Assembly: GCF_009914755.1 (NCBI RefSeq)
Contig: NC_060938.1
Length of the DNA stretch: 64,000 nucleotides
Origin: the human T2T-CHM13v2.0 reference genome, Homo sapiens
Strand: one strand, 5' to 3'
Shown: in pieces, positions 52,743 through 64,000 of the stretch
Position numbering within the stretch: the first letter of the stretch is position 1
Layout of the letters: each line of letters starts with the position of its first letter
Translations under genes and position numbers: made by a program
Notes under the pieces: model-generated
The model's database searches: none
What the model saw: the letters and a program-made list of their open reading frames with translations, nothing else
What the model was told of the DNA's origin: nothing

Positions 52743-53629
52743 CAAAATAGAGTACTCTTATCAGTAGGTTTACCAGTGAATGAAGGAAAGACATAGTAGC
52801 CTTTAGTGGATCTGGGACTAAGGGAAGGTTTTGGGGATTTTTGTTAGTTTTGATTTAAAGGTAGGAAAATCTTGAGTGACTTTGTTATGGCAGAAAAAAT
52901 AAATAAACAGAGAAAGGAAGGTGGGACTGGGATCAAGATCAGAGGTCGGGGTTGGAAGAGAGAGCCGCGGCTTTTCCACTGGGTGGTGGGAAGGAGGTAA
53001 TGCAGACAGCTTGGGCATTTGGAGGTACAGGCAGGGATATCCATGCTGCCCTGCTTACTGAAAAGAAACCAGACCCTTCCAGGCTACTATCGAAAGGAGA
53101 GTCTGTTGTTAGTGGTGCTGTGGAACCGAACTCTTTTTCCCTGGGATTGCTGCTCTGCTTTGGGCTCGCTTACCAGGAACTGCTGCCACTGCTACACTGG
53201 GCTGGGCACCAGGGCTGAGGAAAGTTGCATTCACCAGAGCGGCCTGATCCAGATATGGGACCTGGATTTCCTGAAGTCCAGTGGACAGAGGAGACAGAGA
53301 AGGCTTCCCAAGGAAGGTGATATCTAAGCTACGACCTGAGGAAAAATAGGAATTGGCAAGGTAAAAGGCCATTTGATTTGGGGAGAAAGAGAGTGCATTC
53401 TAGGGAGAAGGAACATGGGCAAAGCCCAGACCTGCAAGGGCATGGGCCATAATGTGGGGACTGCAGGTGGTTCATTAGGCTGGGTATATGGTCCCAGACA
53501 AAGTAGATTTAAACCAGGGCCAGATTATAAAAGATCTTGCATACTGTGGTGAGGAATTGGAACTTTATTTAGATGGCACAGGGGAGTCATCAAAGCAGAG
53601 AAGTCACCTGTGATTAGAATTGCATCTTA

Positions 53630-53911
53630 GGCCCGGGTGTGGTGGCTCACGCCTGTAATCCCAGCACTTTGGGAGGCCAAGGCGAGGAAATACCTGAGGT
53701 CAGGAGTTCAAGACCAGCCTGGCCAAAATGGCAAAACCCCATCTCTAATGAAAATACAAAAATTAGCTGGGCATGGTGGTACGTGCCTGCAGTCCCAACT
53801 ACTTGGAAGGCCTGAGGCAGGAGAATTGCTTGAACCCAGGAGGCGGAGGTTGCAGTGAGCTGAAATCACGCCATTGTACTCCAGCCTGGGCAACAAAACT
53901 AGAATCTGTCA

Positions 53912-53947
<36 letters not shown>

Positions 53948-54270
53948 CGCATCTTAGAAAAGTGGCTGGGCCAGGCACAGTGGCTCACGCTTGTAATCCC
54001 AGCGCTTTGGGAGACTGAGGCAGGCAGATGGCCTAAGCTCAAGAGTTTGAGACCAGCCTGGGCAACATGGCAAAACCCTATCTCTACCAAAAAATACAAA
54101 AATTAGCCAGGCATGGTGGTGCACACCTGTAGTCCCAGCTATTTGAGAGGCTGAAGTGGGAGAATCATCTGGGCCCTTGAGGTAGAGGCTGTAGTGACCA
54201 TGATGGCACCACTGCACTCCAGCCTAAGCAACAGTGAGACCCTATCTCAAGAAAAAAAAAAAAAAAAGAA
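53630..54270 (+). mobile_element. Two tandem Alus (53630-53945, 53968-54270) within an L2 relic
   Basis: Two dimers with long A tails. Confidence 0.93.
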
Positions 54271-55963
54271 AGATGACTGGCTCAAAGATGGAAAATTGTT
54301 TGCGGGGAGATAAGACTGGAGGCAAGGAGATCAGTTAAGAAGCAGTTACAGAAACTCAGTTGACAGATGGCTAAAATTAGGATGGTGGCAGTGGAAAGAG
54401 AGGGAAGTAGCTTAAAAAGATTAAGAATTTAGTGATTAGTTAGCCATGAGGAGTGAGGGTGATGGAGGAATCAAGGAAGACACCATTTTCCAGCGTGAGC
54501 ACCTGGTTTGATGGTGGTACTTATTTACTGAGATGGAGGAAACAGGAGGTGGGAATACACAGTAAAGGGGGAATGTGTTTATTTTGGACAGACTGAGTTT
54601 GAGATGCCTCTAAGACAGCTGATTGACAGTGTTCAATAGACTGATGTGTCACTTTATAAGTCTGCAGAGAGATCTGAGCCTTGAATATAAATTTGTGTGT
54701 TATTGGTGCTAGTGAAGTAGATGGAATTATTCAGAGGGAATGAGAAGAATGACCATATGAAGCTCTGAGAGGGCCCTCATTTAGGGAAGGAACATGCCTC
54801 AGAAAAGGAGCTTTAGAAGGAGACCAATAAATTGTAGCCAGAGAGAGGGGAGGAAAATAGAGTGTCCTGAATCCAGACAATCTGTTTCATAAAGTAACAT
54901 CTTGATCTCAGGGGCATCAAGTTTTATCCCATCAACTTAAGACCCTGAAAGTTCTGAGGTTTCAGTCCTCTTCCACCTGGGGTAGGCCAACTTTTATACC
55001 CACTAGCCAAGAGGAGTGCTAGACTTCTAGGTATTCTGAAGCTCAGATCAAGAAAAGATGATCCCTTTCCCCTCCCCCAGCTTGAACTTCCTGACTTCTC
55101 TCCTGGTCAAATGAAACAGGAAATCTTACCCTCAGAGACAACCTAGCTCCCTACTCATAGGCAACTCTTGCCTTACTTTTGCAGATTGTACCCTGATGGG
55201 GATGACTATTAGAATACAACAGGATACCCTAACCTCCATGCAAGAAATGCCAGGGAAAGGGTGGCCATTATTTATTAATAGGTAGTTAAGGAAGAGCAGT
55301 GGAGAATGGTTTGAAGGGAGACCTGGGTTCACATCCTAGCTCTGCCCCTGACTAGATGGTTATCAGTTGTCAAGTTACTTAGCCTCAATAATTCTCAGCT
55401 CCTTAATCTATAAAATGAAATAATAATGCCTCGTGAGAAGTAAATGAGGGTGCTGGTATAGTTCATCAGCATGCATGCCCATTTCTTATTTGGTAAAGAG
55501 ATAATACCTTTACTCACAGGCATCATCTAGGTTGGCCCATGAGGCAGACTTTTCTCTCTGACATAGTACCTGCTATCCTTTCTCTTCTTGCTTCAAGTGC
55601 CCCTATTCCAAAGCTGGCAGAGAACCAGCAGTCTGCCTGAATGTTTGCCAAGGTCATGGACTCCCCTGAGGACATAAAACCAAGGAAACCCTACTCTTTC
55701 GTCATGGCCTGAGAGAAGACTCTCTGAGAACCATCAAAGAGGTCTAACTTGTGTGGAAGCCAAGAGTGGTCCAGCCCTCTGCATTTACGTGATGGATTCT
55801 AGAGAGAAAATATGAATTTCTTTCCTGTTTACTTCAAGGCAAGGGGAATGACATGATTATATTGTAATATTAGGGAACTACATCTACCTTGTACTCTGGG
55901 AGATAGTAGGAGGGTATAGGCTAGCTAGCCCAGACCGTGGTTTGGGCACCAATCAGAGGTTCA

Positions 55964-57168
<1,205 letters not shown>

Positions 57169-58561
57169 TGAATACCCAATTCTTGGAGACCAGTGATAAG
57201 AGCAGCACCAGAAAGAATGAAAAGCTTAGAAATCATCACTGGCCAACTTGGTGCCAGTCATCTTAAAAAAAAAAAAAACAAAGAAAAGAACAGTGGAAAA
57301 ATTGTAAAAAATCATTCCCTTGAGGTAATATTATGTACATGCTTTTGGTAGCTAACCTACAACATGAATATTGCCAGGCAGTTGGAGAAACTCCTGGAAG
57401 AAGAAGAAAGTACCAAGCTGACTTTATTACTGTCATGGGGAGGTATTTAACAAAATTTCTTTGTGGGATTTACCAAGGAAATAATAAAGTTCTCATTATT
57501 GATATCCATATTTAGAGAATGAATAAAGTTGAGGGGAAGTGCTTCTATTACTGCATCTGCACCTCAGCTTAACAGAGGGACACATAACTTTGGGCAGAGG
57601 GTAAACTTCGGCATTGTGTTATCAATGTGGCATTGTTATAACCCACAATGGGTTTGGCAGACACCACAGTTCTCCCAGAAAATGTACTATTTATAAGGCA
57701 GGAACCTCGTCCTGTTAGTCTTCAAAACACTTTTCTCTGTTTTTCTGTTAGCATTTGCTGAGACTCTCGAGAGTCTGTTCAATGGCTCTGATCAGAAACC
57801 ATCTTATTTTCAATGTCATAGCAATTCCTAACACATAGCAGATCGTCGGTATAGATTTGTTTGTTGTTTAATTGGGTTCCTTTGTTAGTCAAACTCATTA
57901 CGGCTTAGTAGTGCTTGTACAACATGCTAAGAAACTCTGAGTTAAGTAAAAGGTCCTGAAACCTACCTGGAGATGGAGATGGCTGAGGCCTTTAGAAGAG
58001 TCCACAGCAGTGAATACTGAGATTGCTGTTTGGGAGGCAGGATTGCCTGGTGGCTCAGTACTTGGCTCTGTGGCTAAAAACCTGGGCACCGCTCATGACT
58101 TTGCCAGTTGCTGTTATTTTAGTCAAGTCACTTAATTTCTTTTTAAGTTTCCATTTTTCTTGTATGTAAAGATGGTGATCATATTTTGTGTTAGAGTTTC
58201 CATGAGGGTTAAATGAGATTGTGCCTAAAGGCACTTGTCATATAACAAGTGCCTCAATAAATAATCTTTTGAAACTTACCAAGAGCTTTCTGTTTCTTAT
58301 GAAGTTACTACAATATTTTTCAGATATTCTGTGTGTGGTGGTATTCTGGAGATTGCTGATGGTTAGAGGCTGAATGTAAAGTCTGAAGTTTTAATTTTTT
58401 CTCTAGATAAGTGTTCCATATATAAATAGATGAATTGAACACTGCTGTGTCTCAGATCTGCTGATAATATATGCTAGTCCAAAGATTATGAGCTATGATA
58501 TGATTTGACTTGTTTTCCCCTGGAAAAGGTGAAGTCCCTAATTATCTCATTTTTATTGCAG

Positions 58562-58648
58562 TTTTACACCTGCAGCAGAAGTCAAGGAAAAAGGAAAGAA
58601 AGGCAAAGCAGTTCACTTTGCAGAAACTGATGGTCCAGCTTCAGACAG
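58562..58648 (+). CDS. PPP1R36: PPP1R36 exon 4 ([29 protein letters not shown])
   Basis: Acceptor ttttattgcAG, donor CAG|GTAGAT, open frame, RVxF-type KAVHF motif. Confidence 0.9.
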
Positions 58649-59167
58649 GTAGATTAACTTCCCAATCATGCCAGAGTTGCTGATAGCATCTCTCAGTGGA
58701 ATGGCTTCAGCCTTTACAAACTACGAAAATACCATTCCCATTATTCTAGGTCGCAATGCGAATACCCATCAAAGAAAGAACATGTGCTGTTTCAGCATTA
58801 TGGTGGGAATTACGATAGTCCCGATAAATGTATCCTGTTAACTTGGCTGTTAGCACATCTTCAACTTTTTACAGTTTTTTAAAATTTGAAAATGATAGGT
58901 ACACCAGAACAGATGATTTAAATGATCTATTTTGGATGGTATTTGTACTTACATTTTATATCAGGCAGTGAACATCCCTCTTGCCTTAATATAGTAAATA
59001 AAATGTTTAATAAAAAGCATTCCAAAATGATCGTACATCAAACAAAACCCATGTATGACACTCAGGCTCTTATTACTTTTTAATAAATGCTTCCTGCACC
59101 TCAGGATAGATTAAATACAACTAAAATATATTAAAACACTACTAGAAACTGTTATATTCCAAAACAG

Positions 59168-59265
59168 GTTGACAGATAAAAGACTTGCTGCAAAAGATGA
59201 TAAGTCAGCTAAAGCTGTAGAGAAACGAGGTCAACAGGGCACCATTACACTGGATGATGTTAAAT
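59168..59265 (+). CDS. PPP1R36: PPP1R36 exon 5 ([33 protein letters not shown])
   Basis: Acceptor aaaacAG (weak pyrimidine tract), donor AAT|GTGAGT, phase 2/1. Confidence 0.87.
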
Positions 59266-59282
59266 GTGAGTAACTGTTTCTT

Positions 59283-59375
59283 TATGCATACATAAACATA
59301 CATCTGTACATACATACATATATCCATACATAAACATCCGCCCATCTACATATAACATCCATACATAAACATATC
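59283..59375 (+). repeat. Degenerate (CATA)n repeat in PPP1R36 intron 5
   Basis: catacataaacatacatc... fills about half of the 171-nt intron. Confidence 0.8.
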
Positions 59376-59436
59376 TTGTGTGACTCTCTAAGGTAGCTCT
59401 TTGTCCCTCTCTCAATTGTTCATTTTCTCTTTTCAG

Positions 59437-59503
59437 TTGTTACTTTGCTTTTGCTACAAGATACTGAGATGCAGCGGATCTGTTCTTTTACAACATTTAT
59501 GAG
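59437..59503 (+). CDS. PPP1R36: PPP1R36 exon 6 (FVTLLLLQDTEMQRICSFTTFM)
   Basis: Acceptor ttttctcttttcAG, donor GAG|GTATCT, phase 1/2. Confidence 0.88.
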
Positions 59504-59798
59504 GTATCTATTGCTTATGAGTCATTTTAGATCTTTTATCCTTTATTTTTCAGTAACTTCATCTGATAAGTGATGACAAATCTGATTTTTAGAGGAAGAG
59601 CGTGAGGCTGGCTCTATGCAAGCCATCCTCTCAGGACCTAGTCACAAAGACTGCGACCAAAGAGTCAGGGAGAGGAAGCCAGAAGTCATGGGAACCCCAG
59701 ATAAAATCCCAGGGCAAGTAGTATGGAGAGCATGCTGTCAGAGTCTCACATGGACTGTGCTATTTTTATATAATAGTTAAAGGATATACCCATTTACT

Positions 59799-60300
<502 letters not shown>

Positions 60301-60407
60301 CTACTAGTTATGTTTGGCAGCCCCAGGATGTGCTAGGTGTGTGACTCTGGGTAAGTTTCTTGACCTTTGTAAGCCTCAGTCTCCTCAGCTACAAAATTGG
60401 GAAGTAA

Positions 60408-60908
60408 TTGTGTAATTGTGGGCCCTTTGTATGGCTATGCGTGGCTGTGCCTCACGTGGCCTCAGCACCGCGAACGCTCAGTGAGAGTTGGGTGCCCGAT
60501 GCCATTTGCACCCCTCCCCATTCCCTCTGCACACACATACAGGCTGCTTGTGGCAACTGCCTGAGACTCGGCCTGAAGGGCTCATTCCACCACAGGCACA
60601 CACTCAGCCTGACTGCAGGGCAAGTTCAGAGCTAGGGAATCAGTGCCCTAGAAGCAGCCCTCATTCAGTGCCCTGCTGGTGGAGGAGTTGATAGGTAAAC
60701 TCTTGAGATGTTTTCTACACTGTCTCCCAGAGTCACTGCAGGACTGAACTCCACTTAATTGTTAACAGCCTCTTTGTTGGCTTCCTTTCCTTTCCTGTCT
60801 CATTTCCCCACTTTCTTACTGATGTTTCCTGAGATCACTCCCAACTAAACTGTTCACTTTCAAGTATTTGGCCCAGTGTCTGTTGCTGGGGGAACCCAGC
60901 CTGAGACA
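60408..60908 (+). mobile_element. ERVL solo LTR (LTR16-like), adjacent to a MIR fragment
   Basis: TG...CA ends, typical 3' end ctgggggaacccagcctgagaca, pyrimidine-rich U5 region. Confidence 0.65.
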
Positions 60909-61279
60909 GGGAGTTATTAATATCTTGAAAAGAAAATCTGTAATGCTCACCCTCATCCTGCTCTTTAGGTATAGTTCAGTAAAGCAATGCCAGAGAAAGA
61001 ATTTCCATCTGGGGCCACAAAGAAGGCAGCAAAAGTCTTGAAAAATATTTAGAAAGAAAACAGTGACTTCTAGTTAAAAACAAATGAGAGAACATTGTAA
61101 ATCAGTGCAGCCTTTTTGGAGAGCAAGGCACATACACTCTGTGGTAGCAATTTCACTTCTGTCTATAATATTTTTAAAAAAACCAAATACCCACAATAGA
61201 AAACTAGGTAAATATGAGGTATAGAATATTCTATTCAGCTCTTTAAAAGAAAGACGGAAATCTACATATAATATCATAG

Positions 61280-61799
<520 letters not shown>

Positions 61800-62158
61800 T
61801 AGGATGGTGACAGAGGTAGGAGGAGAGAATTTTTACTTGATACATTTCTCTACATTTTTTAAACAATGGAAATATATTGTATAATAACTTTTTAAAAATT
61901 AAAATTAATTAGTAAGCACAACTATAAGAATTTAGTGTTTGACCTCTCCAAAAGTTTTACTTACAAAAACCAGATTTCTTAAATTTTTAAATATATAGTA
62001 GATATAATTTTAAGTGGTAAATTAGTTCTTTGATAGGCATGATAACATAGTTTTCTACTTATTCTTGTGTTGTGTGCTCATATATTTTTTATGAGAAATC
62101 TTACATTTGAAATAGGTTAGCATTGACTCTTTTTTTGTTGTTTCAAATCTCCCCATAG

Positions 62159-62257
62159 GAATAAGAATCTTGATAATTTCCTCATGGCATTATTGTACTA
62201 CTTATCCCATTACTTGGAAAAAAACTCACTGGAAAAGAAACCCAAAAGCTATATGGT
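62159..62257 (+). CDS. PPP1R36: PPP1R36 exon 7 ([33 protein letters not shown]); gene continues beyond window
   Basis: Acceptor ctccccatAG, donor GT|GTAAGT, open frame continuing exon 6. Confidence 0.88.
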
Positions 62258-62464
62258 GTAAGTAAGATTTTATAGTGTGCTTTAGAGTTTTATCACTGCC
62301 AGTATTAAAAGTAACTTTTGTCTAGGATAAAGAGATGATGGAAATTTTTAAATCTTTGAGATGTACTAAGACATTTTACATGGGAAGAGTGTGTCAGTTT
62401 TTAAAGCTCACTGGATAATTTATATGTGTAGTCCAGCAACAAAATATTCCAACTGACACAGACT

Positions 62465-62765
62465 AGCATTGCACAGTAATGAGATAATGAAAGCCATGTA
62501 TGTAATTTTAAATTTCTGGTAAACATATCTTAAAAATGTAATAAGATACATGTGAAATTAATTTTAATAGTGTCTTTTATTTAACCCAGTGATGCAAAAA
62601 ATATTATCATGCAACAGTAGTTGATATATCAAGTTATTAATGAGATGTGTTACTTTTTTGTAGTAAGTCTGGTGTCTATTTTATACCTATAATATATCTC
62701 AATTCATACTAGACACATTCTCAGTAGCCACATGTGGCTAGTGGCAACCATCTTGAAGGTGCAGA
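62465..62765. mobile_element. MER33-like hAT-Charlie DNA transposon
   Basis: Terminal tagccacatgtggctagtggc motif, AT-rich body with tttaacccag. Confidence 0.7.
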
Positions 62766-63539
62766 TATAGTTGTTGTTTGTGTGCTTTTTATGCTTACAA
62801 AGTTCTTGCTAAAGGGCTTGTAAGCATCCAATTAAAAAAAATCTAAGAATTAAAAAAATTAATATATTTGGCCAAAGTGGCATTCCACATCACAGGAAAA
62901 AAAATTCAAGGTTTCTTAGGCTACTTATAAAGAATTTAAATGCTTTAGCTTTAGGCAGAAGTGGCGCAGAGGTGTACACCAGGGCAAGAATCTGGGAACT
63001 CAGAATACAGAGCAGAACAATGCCTCTCAGCCTTGGTGACCTTTTGCAAGCCATGGAACTTTCCACACGCCAGGCTGCCCTCCCCAGTACGTGTGGAACC
63101 AACCCAATGATTTAGCTGTTAGGAATGCTGGGTAGAGTAATTAAGTTGTTGCTGCAGGATGTTTTCAAAATGCAAAACCCTGTATACAATCAAGCAGTTG
63201 GAAAAACATCTTATGGATAGAATAAATGTATCTGGATAGTTTTGTAAAGAACCAAATAAATAATTTAAAAACTCTTGTTCCTGTAAAGCCATCATAATAT
63301 ACAATATCAGTGTTATTTTGGGACTGTATTTCACAACAGGGCAGCCAGAGCATGAAATGTTTCTATGGTAGCAAGCAAAAGGGTTTAAAGCCAGCTGTGG
63401 ACTTAGAAGGTTTGAAGATTCTTACTATTTCCAAATGAAACGTAATTAGACATTTTTGGCACTTTGGCTTATTACATTTTTTTATCGTATTTCCTCTTCT
63501 GAGGCTTATTGCTAATCTGGCAAAAAGATTTGTTTAATT

Positions 63540-63849
63540 TCTTTTTTCTTTTCTTTTTTTTTTTTTGAGTTGGAGTCTGGCTCTGTCACCCAGGCTGGGG
63601 TGCAGTGGTGCAATCTCGGCTCACTGCAACGTCCACCGCTCAGGTTCAAGTGATTTTCCCACCTCAGCCTCCTGAGTAGCTGGGATTACAGGAGCCCACA
63701 ACCACGCCCAGCTAATTTTTATATTTTTAGTAGAGATGGGGTTTCACCATGTTGGCCAATCTGGTCTCGAACTCCTGACCTCAGGTGATCTGCCTGCCCC
63801 AACCTCCCAAAGTGCTAGGATTACAGGTGTGAGTAACCGTGCCTGGCCT
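63540..63849 (-). mobile_element. Alu (S-type)
   Basis: Antisense dimer. Confidence 0.94.
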
Positions 63850-64000
63850 ACTTTCTTAATTGATAAGAATAGATAATAAGACAGGTTTTCTAGTTGAAGA
63901 TGCACTAAACATACTAGAACACAGTGGTATAAGGTAGACTGTTCCTTAGAAGGAATCAGTTACTCAGATTGACAAAAACAAACCAATTGAAGCCTTAAAA

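Noticed and set aside
60667-60684. Second CTCF-like motif (CCACCAGCAGGGCAC on the minus strand)
   Set aside because: An extra base breaks the core spacing

Overview
Primate, almost certainly human, genomic DNA matching the ZBTB1-HSPA2-PPP1R36 cluster (human 14q23.3), with all three genes on the + strand. The window starts inside ZBTB1 intron 1 and contains the large ZBTB1 coding exon (713 aa) plus an alternative last exon giving a 644-aa C-terminal isoform. It then contains the intronless HSPA2 CDS (639 aa) inside a CpG island and PPP1R36 coding exons 1-7 (the gene continues past the window). The rest is Alu-dense (about 45 Alus), with MIR/L2/L1 relics, a MER75 piggyBac element, MER33, an LTR16-like LTR and a THE1C LTR. 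Best candidate for an undescribed system: the THE1C LTR 5 kb upstream of HSPA2. It has a DUX4-type motif, a duplicated TATA module, a nested antisense RPL18 retrocopy and a splice donor that could join the acceptor 5 nt before the HSPA2 ATG, where LTR-derived ATGs would open 81-aa and 205-aa alternative frames. Also notable is a perfect 51-bp inverted templated insertion in ZBTB1 intron 1 that brackets a candidate cassette exon. Repeat subfamily names and repeat boundaries were judged by eye and are approximate; no database searches were run.
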